A stretch of DNA of 64,000 nucleotides, taken from positions 12,354 through 76,353 of the forward strand of contig CBFFRP010000204.1 of assembly GCA_965644295.1 (NCBI GenBank), given 5' to 3'. The notes under the pieces were generated by a model. That model saw nothing but the letters and a program-made list of their open reading frames with translations. It was not told the origin of the DNA and ran no database searches. Positions 37,235 through 51,153 of this stretch are shown in pieces (the stretch's first letter is position 1; each line of letters begins with the position of its first letter). The translations under genes were made by a program, and so were the position numbers. Source of the DNA: Paraphysomonas bandaiensis. Its lineage: Eukaryota > Protista > Chrysophyceae.

Positions 37235-38544
37235 CTACGGATCCAGAAACCGTGCGCTCATTGTCTCACATCTAACTCTTTGTTCCTCTCCCTATCAACT
37301 CAATATGAATAAAAGTGGATAAATACGTGAATTTAGAGACAGAAAGTCAGCGGGCTATACCTGGTCATCTGTAGCTACAAGAGTATATTCTACAGTTGCA
37401 GGCATACCAACCGCATAATTAGACATATATCCCAGGCTGAAAAAAGCACATGCGACACCTATTCCGATGCCAGCTGAACACGTTGAGTTAGAAAGAATAG
37501 ACAAATATGTGCGACAGTTATGCGCTGGGTTTGTACTTAACATATACTACATGATGTTAATGAATTACCTATAACATCTTCAGGGAAGTGCCAGTAATCA
37601 GATATTCTTGTAGAAGCCACCCAAATGGACAACAAAATCGGAACGATAGCTACTTGAGTCAGGTAAAACGCCGTACATCTATACATGTGACCATTCTTTC
37701 CTGTACTGAGGGTGGTACTGCTAAGCCACTTCATATCAAGAAGCCACAGAAATGATACATATCCCATCGGTGCCATTGTACTTGAAGAATGCCCAGATGG
37801 AAAAGACAAATGGGAGTTAGCTGTAAAACTAAAGAGTTATACAATTGAAAACATAGTGCAGAACATAGCACAATTACCCTTGAAGTCCCCCCTCGAGCTT
37901 GCGTGAACTGAGGCGTATATTCTTAAAGCATAGTATATAGGTCTTGGTGCACCAATGGTATACTTCAGGAACCTTGTACATATCGCACTGTATAAAAACG
38001 CTGCCGCAGCTCCAATAACAGAGTCCCAAAACACGAGCATCCAATATTGCTCACTTATTCGTCCATTAGAATATTTGGTCACATACCTCCACATCAACAC
38101 TCTGCATAACAAGTACACAAAACACACAGAAATCGCTAGTGCAACACCCTCTATCGTTGACACACTTTCCACAGGATTCGAATCAATGTCATGTAACTCA
38201 TGGCAGCATTTCGTCACCGAAACCTGGTCTGGGCTAGTAATACACAGCTGTAAATCTTGAGGCCAACAAAAAGAGTTATCGAATTTGAGGGGATAACTGT
38301 ATTGCGTGTTGTTAGCAATCGTTATAAAAGATGTTCCATTGGTGCTTTCAACATCAGGAATTAGCATGTTGGTATAGTCACCCAACTCAATCACACTAAT
38401 CAATACACCTCCTAAAATCAATAAAAAGGAGATGTCTGGCACTCTCCACACGAATAGCCTAGTTATAAGGAATAAACAAGCCGACCCTAAGTATAATCCA
38501 ATCCTACCTGTCACACAGAGATTGTGCAGCCCAAAACACATCAT
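37235..38544 (-). CDS. PAP2-family lipid phosphate phosphatase, multi-exon
   Basis: C1 KYTIGAPRP, C2 SFPSGHSS, C3 STRISDYWHFPEDVI; several transmembrane segments. Confidence 0.92.
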
Positions 38545-39019
38545 CGGTCAAATGAGGATGAATCAGCCTGTGAGGCCCCCATCCCATAGAACTCTTATGA
38601 ATTGCACCCATTGACTATACCAAAGCACTGCAGAACAAGTTGTCAGTTCTATAATAGGGGCCCCTGTGATGATAGGGCAGTGCATAGCAGTAGAGTGTAC
38701 AGTGTATACCCTGAAGAAAAGTATTCATCTCCCCTACATATATATACAGCATACAGAGCAAAAAATCTGGCTGTACATATTCATGCCAGCACAGAGTTAG
38801 GTACAGAGTACAGCAGCAGTACAGAAGTACGGGAGTAGTCCTCCTGGTACTGTACAGTGACTCCTGCATTTTATTGAAGAAAGTTCAGTTTCTCCTGCTG
38901 AGTGTTAAACTGCACGTCGTTGTGTATTAAGTTGCAGCTGTGGTGATATTCATACGTGTACACTACTTCAATTCAATAGACATGAAGGGAGATTGAGGTC
39001 GTAAGAGTGTGTTTCAGGA

Positions 39020-41278
39020 ATGTCCGACAAAGACGAGAGTGAAAGTAACTCTCCTGATGAGACTCCAGTTCTCTCGACATTAGAAGCACACTCACCGCAC
39101 ATAGTAGAGGCCACTCTTCGCAGTGTCCTTGACCAGGATAAATTTGAAGATTTCTTTCGACTCAACTGTCGAAGATTTGAAAGGTATCCGCTCCATATGG
39201 AACATATGTGGACCTGAGTGTAAGCGAGCTCTACTCTGCAGATTTCGTCAGCGATTTTGCAACTCGTCTGGTGATAAGGACTTTGACCTTCATATGACAG
39301 TAGCCCATAAGTAATACGTTGTAGCGATATTTTAAATACTTTACACTGATTTTGTGCCAGTGAATTTCTCTTTCTTCTTCAAACATGCGCTAGTCAAAAG
39401 CTTAGTGAGATTGGTATGGTCTGAATGTTAGACTGTCATTCACATCTTATTTTGTATCAGGAGTGAGTGAAGAGGCGTTGGTGTTGGCAACGAAGTATGG
39501 TAATGCGAAATCTGATTCGGTTTCTGGGAATCTAGTCCGGTGTATTGCTGAGTGAGTGCCTAACTATTTCAATTGTCTGTCATCTCATTTAATATATAGG
39601 TACTGTGATTTTATGTGCTTTGGCAAATTGATGGAAGACAAGATTAAGCAGTACTATTGCAGTCATCGGCCTCTACAACCTGTGCACGGTAGGGGTGCGT
39701 GTGGTACACTGCGTCATATGACTGAATTCTAGTGACAATATTTTTGCTTATGGATACATTGTTTGTAAGTGTATTGTTGATAGCAATCCGTCGTCATGTG
39801 CGAGTTTTGTGGGATATTGAGAATATTTGTGTCGGCCGAAATGAAAACGCCTTCGAATGTATCACAAAGCTACAAAGGTGACATGCGAAGTGATGTGATA
39901 CGTGCTGTAATTATTGAACCAGGTTTCTAGAAGCGCAGGACATGCACGGTCCTGGAATAGATTGTAGGATTACAGCGTTCTTCAGACCCGATAGTAAGTC
40001 TGTTGGAAGAAATGTGGTACAAGATATGGACAAATGTGCAGTTGAATTAGTTTGGGTTTCAGGAAAGCGAGAAGATGCCGACAGGAAGCTTTCAAATAGA
40101 ATTGCACAAGAAATACAGGTTAGCGTATATTAGCGATCGAAGGGTTGTAGCTGTAGATATAAGAATCATACATAGGTGCTGAAACCTGAAGACACTAGCT
40201 TTGTTATAATTACTTCAGACCAAGATTTTCGACATCATTTTCTGCAGCTGCGAAATTGTGGATACTATGTGTTGGTTATACACAATGCTCTACCTGGGAA
40301 ATGGATGCAAGTTAGGTAACCTATATACGTGTTACAGAAATGTCACTGTTCTGTAGAGCTTGGAAATGAACGCCTCATTGGGCTACCGATGGTCGGATAT
40401 TATGGCTAGCTACGGTGTTGACAGAGTCTCAGATGGGTGAGTAAGGTTTGCGTGGACAGAAATAGTTAGTTTATTAATTAGTAACCGTAGAACACCTAAA
40501 TCAGTGCCTGACAAAACCAATTCAGCATTACAGTGTAATACTTCCAACGTAATCAAATTACCATTGACTATGCAAAATGGTATGTAATTATATATTGTCT
40601 ACTTGTATACTAAATGGCCATACATATAGGTAATAGTACTACTCAGCAAGGTCCGATTTTGTTCAATAAAAAACATATTAATGCTTACTTAGATAGTACC
40701 ATCGTGGATGCAGTGGTTGAGAAAACAAAAGTGCCTTCAGATGAAAATATGGAGTGGTATAATGGTATGCCCTGAAACTAAGTTCTGTGTGTGTTATCGA
40801 AATGCACTGCAATAAGTTAAATAGTTGTAATTTTATTTCTTTTTATGGTGTTTACCTCACAGGAGTCTGCTTACGGTGGAAGGGTTCATTCGGCTTCGCT
40901 AAAGGTAATGGTTGTATGTTTCAGAAGTGTATGAGTAATATTTCTATGAGCAGCCTTGGATTCCACAGGGATACAATTTCAAGATACTCCACGACATGCT
41001 TATTCTAGTAGAGATGTCTTCATTCACAAGGGTGTACTTCCTATGTCGTGCAGGGGTTTTTTAAAGGTTGGACAAGCGATACAAATGAAGGTGCGTCTAA
41101 GACCACTGAACTTCAGTTTGTGCCAGTAATTTGGACTATGAATCAGTGCATATGAATCAGTACTCATATTTTGTATGGTGTTCACGTGGGTAACGATATA
41201 TTATTGGTACAGATACTCTCTGCAGAAAAGGGGCTTCAAGCATGTGCTGTTAGATTAAATATCGAATTGAATAAGTAA
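39020..41278 (+). CDS. BART + NYN (PIN-like RNase) + cold-shock domain protein, many small exons
   Basis: BART-like FEDFFRLNC..F...HKEF...DFMCFGKLMED. NYN motifs VLWDIEN, KREDADRKL, IITSDQDF. CSD motifs WKGSFGF, DVFIHKG, GLQACAVR. Confidence 0.72.
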
Positions 41279-41410
41279 TACTAGTTAATATCACTCTATA
41301 TCATAGCTCAGCAATTTGATCTCTTGAGTGGAGTTAACAATTTCAAAGTATAAGCTTGGATACTCGCATGGGTTGCAGGTGAATGTAGGAATCCGCAATC
41401 ATATTTTGAC

Positions 41411-42516
41411 CAGGGCTGCGTATCAATTAATTGACGCAGGTTTTAGTCAATTATAATTGCAATTATTACTTGCTGTTTCAATATCAGCTACTGCAATTAA
41501 TTTCTTACTAAACTACATTAGCTGCCAATATATAGCTACCTCAACTGTCTTTTCATTCCAGAGGCGACGGTTCATGCGTAAAAACATCAGTAACATTGAA
41601 TCTTCACGACTGCCTTTTCGAAAGTAGCGTTATGAATAATAGCGGCGTTGCTGCCCAGATGGCGCTCGACAATCGGGTGCCTAATGATGTATTCGTCAAA
41701 CAATATGCGAACGTCGTGGAGGTCGAGCTGGTGTTCACCTCTTCCTTCTGTAATTGTATGGACACTGTTGAAAGAATTCCAATTCCTCCCGTAATTTAGC
41801 GAGCTTGGCATACTCCTTTTCCCTTGATATTAGACTTAGCACGTCGGAACCAAACTCGCAAATGATTAGATAGATGCAAGTAACGGTCAATCATTGCAAA
41901 TGAGGAGCCCGATATGCATTGGAAGATTGCTTTGATCCTGCTTTCGACCTCTAAGTCCAAGGCTTCCATATACTTCATCAATGTTGATCTCGAAATATTT
42001 TAATCATTTGGTGCCCTTTCGTGTCAACGGTTTCTCCACAATAGTAAAAGGAAGATCATCCATTATCACCCACTGTAACCAGTGATACGCATTCCACGGT
42101 TGAGGTGATACTTTACGCTCGACATATTTATTCATCGCACCACCACCTCGCTGGGCAGCCAAAACTTTCTCTTTCCATCCCTCGTGTTTGATGGCATGCT
42201 GCGACAGGTTGCTCCACTCATAACCCTTCTTTCGCTTCAGAACAGCTTTTCCTAGAACACTCGTGCAATGACTTCTGGTACCAGTAAATCGCTCATATTG
42301 CTAATTAAGTAAATGAATTACAATGTAAGATAATCCTATTAAGAACGCTAACCCTAACCCGTATAGTCTTTCTTCGATTTTTTCAATAAAAAAGCCGTTT
42401 TTTAACAACATTTTAGCATGAAAAGGTGTTTTTTTAATATCAATTAATTGAAGCAAGCTGGAGTCAATTATAATTGCAATTATAAATGTCACAATTTCTA
42501 TTATTTGCAAGCCCTG
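41411..42516 (-). mobile_element. hAT transposon, internally deleted
   Basis: CAGGGCT...AGCCCTG termini and a perfect 8-bp TSD ATTTTGAC (41403-41410, 42517-42524). Transposase remnants WLQWVIMDDLPFTIVEK, IIHNATFEKAVVKIQ and FLRMNRRLW. Confidence 0.9.
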
Positions 42517-44009
42517 ATTTTGACACATTGACCCTTTAATGAAAGTAACGGAGCACTCAATTAGACATTCGATATCAGATAGTCACAATCTTAACCTGGC
42601 CTGGGAACGATTGGGTGCCCAGTTCCCGGCAATTATAATGGCTCAAAATATATATACTAGATAGTGTGGTGTCCCATTATTACTAATAATATTATATAAC
42701 AGACTACGAATCGGAAATACACATCAATATTCTACTCGCACTTCTGTGGCACATCAGGATATTTTTGCGAGGCGTCATATGGAGAGTTTTAGCACTCCAC
42801 AACCAGGGCTATTTATTGAAATTGCAATTGGGCATCCAACTATAATTGCAATTATAATTGACTCCAGTTAACTTCTATTAATTGATCATAAACTACCACC
42901 TTTTTTTAATTAATTAAAAACGGCATATATTTTCAAACGTCCAGTTTATCGTATGAAAATCGAAGATGAATAAAAACCTATAATATCCATATTATAGTCT
43001 CACATAATTATTCATTTAAATAACTGACGAAATGAATGATAAAACTGGCACGAGTGTTCTTTGCAATAATAAATTATAACAACTGATAGCAAGTTAAAAA
43101 ACTTTTTTCACGATGAGGATGACAATGAGAGTCTAGTTCAGAATGACGGCGCTGAGCAACGTAAGATTCATGGTAGCAGGCAACGGAAGAGAGCACGGCT
43201 TAATCAGCAAGGGTTTCATAGCAGTAGGCGTTATGCGGTGAGATGAGTGTATTTTGACCATTGTGTTGGTCCATTGGTGTTTCGGCAATTGGTCCATTGG
43301 TGTATTGGGTTGGGGATGTGAGTCTGTACTTTTGTGAAATGTCATAGGTATGTGGTGGGTCATCGTGGAGTGTTAGTTCAGAGCTGATGTCATTTAGTGT
43401 GGTTTTGTATAGAGGCGAATGCCAAGTTGTCAATCTTCTGAAGGAGATGCGAAGCTCGTTGCAGGAGGGTGTGAGCCTCTGACCTTGGATGTCCGCCGAT
43501 TGCAGTTGCCCGTTGTAGTGTGTGCCACCTTTGGAGTTGTGTATGAGAATTTTCGTTGTCCAAGTCCCTTATATGTAGTATTTGTTGTAAAGTAGGGTGG
43601 GTAGGACTAGTAGTTTGCAGTCAGGCATCATCATAGAGAATGTTATCTCTCCCAGGGTGGATAGACTCTCAACACTACCTATGTGAGCTTGCATCTTACA
43701 CACATTGGATATTGAATACCCAGAGTGGACACATTAGTCACAACTTATTTTATTGTATATGATTCAATTCAAAATAGTTCATCAGAGGATATTAGAGAGG
43801 AAGCAGTGCAAGGCGATGTTCAACCTCTTCCATATAAGACGATAATATTTACAATTAAGGATTAATGAAGTTGGGGTTATGTTGTGGTATGCTGCTGTGT
43901 TAACGCGTTTGCTAGTTACGACTAGATCGCTTCAGCAGGTCATTCTCAACTAGACACTCACTGGTTATTTACCAGTCATTGCCAAGTTTCTATTGCAACC
44001 TCTTCGATA

Positions 44010-45660
44010 TTATCATTTTTTTTCTGGTACAATGACTTATCAAACAAACTCCAAGAGAAGCTCATCTAATACACCATTCTTTGACTGCTGTTAGTGTTAG
44101 TGCAAGCGATCTATATGATTATTGGAGTGTAAGTAATGAACAGGATAGAGTGAGAATTATGAATAACAATATTGAAAGTCTTATTATTTAGCAATAGGCA
44201 TTAAAAACTTGTTTCAATATAGAACGTAACTATCATGCACAACGGAAAAGTTAGAAGTGTAACTGATAATGACGACGTTATGATGACGATCTACATTTTT
44301 TCTGGTACAATGACTTATCAAACAAACTCTAAGAGAAGCTCACCTAATACACTATTCTTTGACTGCTGACAGTGCAAGCGATCTATATCCAAAACCAGGA
44401 CTTCGTAACAACTTCGAGAATGTTTCAAAAAGTGCCATGTAGGTGCTGTATAGAGAGTTCTTTCAGGGTTTGAGTTACACACATTGTGTCCAATATCACA
44501 CTCACACCAATCAATGCCACAGATGTCTGTAATCGAGATTGCCATGAAATAGGACAATTAACTATGAAGAATGTAAATGCTGAAGTGGACAGTCTAGTTG
44601 GGTGATATTGTGCCCAATCGCTATCGTAGTATCCTGACAATGTATGTGGGATACAGAATATATCAATCCTTGCTTAGCAGTGCCTTTGAGATACCTAAGA
44701 ACATGTAACGCAGCATTAGAGGTAGTTAGATTGGCATATCAGAACACCTGGCAAGAGTATTGACTGCGTCAGCAATATCCGGTCGAGTGCATACAGCTAG
44801 ATACATCAGTCAGGGAACCTATGAGCTCCTTGTAGGAAAATAACTTTGATTTGATGCTGAAAGATGATTGTATTCATGTAAATCATAGTTGAAGGAAAGT
44901 AACATAGAGGTGTTGACATATTGAATTTGTCCAACAGTTTGTTGACATACTGGTCCTGACTTAGCAGTTTGAATGTCGGTGAGGCATTCCTCATAATTGG
45001 TGATGTATTCCGGCTTCTTGATCAAAAACGAAGTTCGTTTCGTCGTTTGTTGGATATCCGACTCCTCCGAAGTCTCGTCCTTTCTGTTGTAGTGAACTAA
45101 TTTTCCTACTGGTTGATAGTCCTCGTCATCTGAGTTTTCTCCTGCTACAGGCTCAATTAATTGGGTGATCGTTCTGTAGAGTATAAACGAATCTTAGACT
45201 TGCAATAGAACCATTCACGGCACTTCTTCTGCCACCTGGAGAAGTTCTTTGCATCGAATTTCGGCATTGAGTCTTTTCTCTTGTCGGTTGACGAATCCGA
45301 GTCGGTTGAGTCGTATTTTGTAACTTTCACTGACATCTCGCTACCAAATAAAGAATTGATCTCTTTATAATAGTAAAACAATGTTGTGATTATTGGAGTG
45401 TAAGTAATGAACACGATAGAGTGAGAATTATGAATAACAATATAGAATATTGAAAGTCTTATTATTTAGCAATAGGCATTAAAATCAATATAGAACATAA
45501 CTATCATGCACAACGGAATAGTTAGAAGTGTAACTGATAATGACGACGTTATGATGACGATCATGTATCTTCGACAGATACTCTCTAATTCAGTTCATGA
45601 CATATTTCATTGAACATTATAACTCACAGATACAGTCTTGTATTAAGCTGAATCCTAATA
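44010..45660 (-). mobile_element. Heavily deleted Copia copy (LTR 45349-45660, PBS, gag/RT/RNase H fragments) with a local duplication
   Basis: Near-identical to 16260-16738 and 15220-15410. Motifs TRPDIADAV and GYYDSDWA. 44015-44115 is repeated at 44295-44388 around an LTR fragment. Confidence 0.85.
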
Positions 45661-45849
45661 AAATGTGATTATGATAAAATAAGAAGCCTTTCGTGCGACT
45701 ACAACTGTTTACATTCACCATCACACTTACGTACGAATTTCAACACCTCACAGTTGCTATTCACTCAGTATCCTTCTGTGGTAAGAGTGTATTTGTTGCA
45801 GCTATTCTATATATAAATTTGGTGGTTCATTGTTTGAGTTGATCGATAG

Positions 45850-46063
45850 CAGGGCCTGGTAACTATTAATGGTAATGGGCCATTTAAGTACAAATAAGTA
45901 ATTTAGGGAGCACAACACTATCTATTATATGAGTGGTGCTATCTACATTAAGTTAGTAGGTATTAATGGCCATTATAATTGCCGGGACACTTTTCATTAA
46001 TGCCATTATAATTGCCGGGAACTGGACTACCATTAATGGGCCATTAATGGTTACCAGGCCCTG
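45850..46063. mobile_element. hAT-type MITE
   Basis: TIR CAGGGCCTGGTAAC / GTTACCAGGCCCTG; 8-bp TSD ATCGATAG/ATCTATAG. A partial copy lies at about 29600-29678. Confidence 0.88.
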
Positions 46064-46127
46064 ATCTATAGTGCATTGCAATTTTCCCAAAGCATACACA
46101 ACCAGTAGACATATAATATCATTCATT

Positions 46128-46310
46128 TTTCTTAATGCTAATCAGGAAACACGCATTTCTTATTACAGCAAGCAAGCTACTAGTAGCTATACAATCTAAT
46201 ATTAAGTTTTCAACATCATGAGGATAAGCTACAATTTCTTTCGCCCTCGTTTCAAAAGTTTGTGCCCGGGACGATATAGCCTCCTTATTGCCCGTGGTTA
46301 AATATAACTA
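46128..46310 (+). repeat. Dispersed repeat with palindromic end, copy 1 (deleted form)
   Basis: Matches 50922-51153. Confidence 0.75.
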
Positions 46311-46702
46311 TTCACCAAACTTCGATTATTGTGTTCCCTATAGCCTATAGCCCTTCTAAAGACCATCCGGAAATGTCAAACATTGCTCCATATTAAACAA
46401 ATCAGTTAATATTCAAAGCCCAAACGAGAGCATTAAATAAGTTAGCCACCTTTAATTAAAACTCAACACTCTTGAAAAATGACCTAAAATGTCAATGGGA
46501 GTGCTTGGGGGTATACTTAGTTTACTACAGTTTACATTGACTATCCACATATATGTGATGAAAAAAAACATATAAGCGTAGTATTTTGCAACAGTAAGGG
46601 AAACATATACTTGTACTACACCATCACCACTGAATGAAATTACGAAAATATTCTCGGTTAAATTGTTGGTCCCACTGTACTCTATTTCAAGCCGGCTCCC
46701 AT

Positions 46703-48806
46703 TTACCTACATACAAAAATCAAGCCACATGAAATCATTACAATATTCTCACCACTAATGAGGTTATACTTTCCCTTTCCTTCTCCAGATCTATCCAAGC
46801 CTTTACTGGATCCACCCCTATGTCTGCCCTCAACACCTGAAACACACTAAATAAAAAGCATACTAGTTCGTAAAGTACATATTCATCCGCCGTAAACTTC
46901 TATATCTGCAAGAGTAATATATCCTAAACATAAATATAGAGGTGCCTTACTGCACCTATGCGAAAATCTCTAGACTTAGGGGAGCTTTTATGAAACCAGT
47001 CACTAGCCTCCCCTTCATTTTTGCAACCCGGCGGCTTCATTGGTGCTGCTGGAGTTGTCGAAGGACGAGACGTTGGTTGTTGAGGATGAGATTTCTGTGA
47101 AGACGGGGAGAACAGTGCGTGATCTACTGTAGGCTGCTGAAACACTTTTCTGGAAGGGGTTGAGTCAAAGTACGGATCCTGGTAGTGTAACTCCAACACA
47201 TTGGACTGTTTCTTACCACTGACAGAACCTTCAGCACTGTGCACTTGTTTTTCTATGTGCCGAACGCTCGGATTGGATCTTTTAACACCATCAGCATTAC
47301 TTAACGGCGATATTCCACACCTGACAGAAGGCAGATACATGAATAAGTACAGCAACTTAGAACCACTAACACATAATACACAAGATGATAATGTCACCTA
47401 CCTGACAGCATCTTCAGGCTTCATTTTACCATTCTGTTCTAACGCTGCTTGAATTACGAATAGGATATCTTGGCACTTTTTTATTTTCTCATCCAAATTA
47501 CTGTAGCTCGATGTTGTGGCACTGGTGTTGGCAGTGTGGGGTCGTGTGGATTGATGGGCAGACAGCGGAGGCAAGCTATCGTTGTCAGAAGATGCCAAAG
47601 TTTTAGTCTGAAGAAATTTTCGAAGGATATTTTTTTCCCTCCTTTCTAGCACCTGTAATCTCTGAATATCAACAAGAACCCAACCGATTGTGTCGTGCGG
47701 CTGCACTACTTGCTCACAGGGAGCCTTTTCATGTTCACTCTGGCGATACTCGTCATGTACAGACCGTCCCACTCTGGGTTCACGCCTGGTAGAGACATCC
47801 TGACATTTCTCAATTTGCTCTCGCTGGAGTTCACTGTCGTCTTGGAAAGACTCACATTTCCTTGCCAGTCGTGGTTCCTCTTTACTATCATGAAGTGGCC
47901 CGACTGTTGGTCCCCATAGTGGCTCCCGGAAATCGGATGATAGGTGGGTGGCTACACGTTCAACAACTTGGTTTATATTTGGTCGCGCGTGGTAATCTTT
48001 GGCCAGCATCCATCTAACACACCTGTCCATACTACCCGAATATATACTTGGAAGTGGACCTATATGACATCTTCTAATGGCATCAACAAGTCCAGATAGA
48101 CTGGAGCCACGAAAGGGAGGCTCCAAAGCACACAATTCATACAGTAGCACACCCAAAGACCATATATCAGTCTTTTCCGTGTACTGTGCACCGTCAACTA
48201 ACTCTGGACTGATATATAGTGGTGTTCCAGAAAAAGTTTGAAGCAGCACTGTGTCCTCACTCATTTGTCTACTAACTCCCAAATCTGCTACTTTTACAGT
48301 GCGACCATCTTGACAAAGCAGAATATTCATGGCTTTAATATCGCCTGCAGCAAAATTCATAATATATTTTATCGAGTCAGTATATACGTACGATGTACAA
48401 TGCCCATTCGATGCATGTGCTGCACTCCAAGACATATGCTATGAAATATGTACCATACCGCTTCCTCAGGAAGATACTCATTTGTTGATCTTTTTGACTC
48501 AATAAATTTTCCAAGGTCACCACACCCACAATAGTCTAATACGATATACACGGAATTATCTCTAACTTCGACGAAATGACCATAACATTTGATACAATTG
48601 GGATGGTTCAGCTGGAGAAGGAGAGACACCTCATTCAGGGCAGATTTGTGTGATCTTTTCTCAGTTAGTTTATGCTGCTTTAGTACGTACCACTGTTTGT
48701 CATATTTGAACTGGGCTTTCCACACAGATCCCGCATTACCACGAAACAGTTCTTCCGCTAGAACGAAATCGTTTAATGAACATGCTCCGAACTTTTCGAG
48801 TCCCAT
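46703..48806 (-). CDS. NIMA-related (NEK-like) Ser/Thr protein kinase, multi-exon; 3' end approximate
   Basis: YVLK, NEVSLLLQLNHPN, HR|DIKAMNI, KVADLGVSR, GTPLYISPE, DIWSLG. Confidence 0.88.
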
Positions 48807-49259
48807 ATTCTGAGAATGATCTATATACGCCACAGCGTCAAATATATACAAACAAGTGAATGAAGTGACAAATACTAGCCGCACTCTCTGTCCTGAGGAG
48901 GCGCCTTATCTCAGTCTGCTCTCGTCTCGTGTTCTCATCTGGCTGTAAATTTCAACTCTTCTTCATGCACTCGTGTAGTCGTTATATACACACATCTACT
49001 GCTGTATACCGCGTATAAGAAGAATACTCACTATCTACACCCGACATACCGTATACCATATACAGTATACAGGAACATGTAGCAGGAGCTTGTGCTGGAT
49101 CCACACTATCATGAGCCGAGGTGATGACCCTCACTGCTGCCTGATCTATCTATGGTAGAAACTAATAAATAGTAACTAAAGAAGTCAATAGTCCCTGTCA
49201 TGACTGTTCTTTCCAGTGAGTTTCACCCCTTAGAATAGCGACATATGGTTTCAGATCCA

Positions 49260-50196
49260 TACCTTAATATATAATATAAGACATACAAGTAGAGACGCCT
49301 GAACGATGAGTGTATCGAGTAGAGATACTGACAATTGGTTTGCAGTCCGGTTGAAACGTAACTAAACAAGCACGAGTGCAATGTCTGTGAATGCAGAAAA
49401 GTTCTGTCATTGAGTCATTGGTAGAAGAGAGAAGAGCGAAGAAGAACATACGACAACACCTGATAAATGATGCAGACCTATCCTCAAGTAGACCTGCTCA
49501 TGGGGAAGTTAAAGCAGATTAGTAATAATAATTCCTGGCTACGTGACCAAACCAGTGTGCTACCAAAAAGGGTAACCCTTTTTTAGGTGCACCTCAAGTG
49601 GCGTATAAAAACCCTGTTTCTATAATCAAAGACCTACCGGATGCGGTGACTGATATGGTTTCTACTGCGCAACAAAATTCCGATATCACATACTTAAGTT
49701 GATATGTCTAAGTACAGGTTCAGTCATGTGGTCTGTGCTTCCGGTATATGAGAACGTCTGTTCATCACCAAACTTCTATATCAGTGTTGCGCAAAAGTAT
49801 ACATCCTACTACACTTAATATGCTGTTGTTTCTGAAGCTAATCGACACTTGTGGCCGGATGCATGCATATTTCAATTAGTTTTGAAGGAATGAATGAATG
49901 TGGTGATGATGACTTCGCTGATGATGGCTCAGAGGTTATGTAGAGGAGAATAATGTTTATCTGAGCTGTAGGTAGTCTTCGCTTGACAGCGTAGTGGGTT
50001 TGGTTTATTATGGGATTTTAATGGCTAGTGTTGACAAAGGAATATACACATGTAATTAACTACTGTTTAGTGATACTAATATTGCAATAGTACTGTACTG
50101 TACTGTTAGACCGGTTAAAAAAATATTGGAATATTATTGATAGGGCTCTATCCTCTATCTTAAGATAGTATTGCAATATATCGTTACCTAGCCCGG
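49260..50196 (+). mobile_element. Degraded hAT remnant
   Basis: 49270-49400 is homologous to 54995-55140. The right end TTGCAATATATCGTTACCTAGCCCG mirrors the left end CAGGGCTAGGAAAC at 54665. Confidence 0.5.
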
Positions 50197-50921
50197 ACAT
50201 ATATTTGTCGGAGACATAATTCAGTAGCGTTATCATATTTTATAGGAACCGTGGGACCGTTTTTATAAATGCTTTTCCCATGTGGATGGCACAACTACAA
50301 CTGACTTATCCCCATTTTGTCTCAAAAAAAGCTTTTTTTTGACTTGATTTTGTCTCAACAGGGCGCTCATATCAGCACCGGGCAAATATAGACATTCAAC
50401 TTCAATATTCGGTTCAACAGAAGCTCACTTCTATCCTAAGTATGATAATGACAGTCGTATGTATGTGATTTCATTGTAGTACACAATTATAGAGAAGCCA
50501 CAATCATGAGCGAAACACCAAGAGCAGATCATCTAACTCCAAGTTATATTCCATCCTTCGACTGCTGTATAAGATCACAACGATGTCAGTGCAAGTGATC
50601 TGTCTTCATATCCAGGACTTCGAAACAACTTCAAGAACATGACAGGAGAGTTTAAGTACCATATCTGATGCTATATAGGTGGTTAGGAGCAGTGGCACCC
50701 GTTCTTTCAGGGTTTGAGCCATATCGTGCTTCTCAGGATGTAGTGTGTCTCATATCATACACACATCATTCGATCAGGAGCACTTGCAGAGGTAAAGCCT
50801 GCAGTATATAAATGTGATAAGGCAATAAGAAGCCTCTCTTCACCTTCAACTGTTCACGTTTATCATCACACTTCAGTATACATATCATTGATTTGAAACT
50901 ATATGAGTTCTCATTTGTGTT

Positions 50922-51153
50922 GTTCTTAATGTTAATCAGGGAACATCTATTTCTTAATACAGCAAGCATGCTACAAATAGCTATACAATCTAATATTAAC
51001 TTTTCAACGTCATGAGGATAAGCTACAATTTAACCTAGGGATAAGGAGTATCGTCCCTTGTCTAAATTTTAAAACTCGGGCTTTACGCCCTCGTTTCAGA
51101 ATTTTGAGCGCGGGACGATATAGCCTCCTTATTGCCCGTGGTTAAATATAACT
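50922..51153 (+). repeat. Dispersed repeat with ~120-bp imperfect palindrome, copy 2
   Basis: TTAACC..ATAAGGAG.TATCGTCCC pairs with GGGACGATA..CTCCTTAT..GGTTAA. Confidence 0.75.

Noticed and set aside
43130-43740. Short minus-strand ORFs
   Set aside because: Fragmentary and probably retroelement debris; no diagnostic motif.
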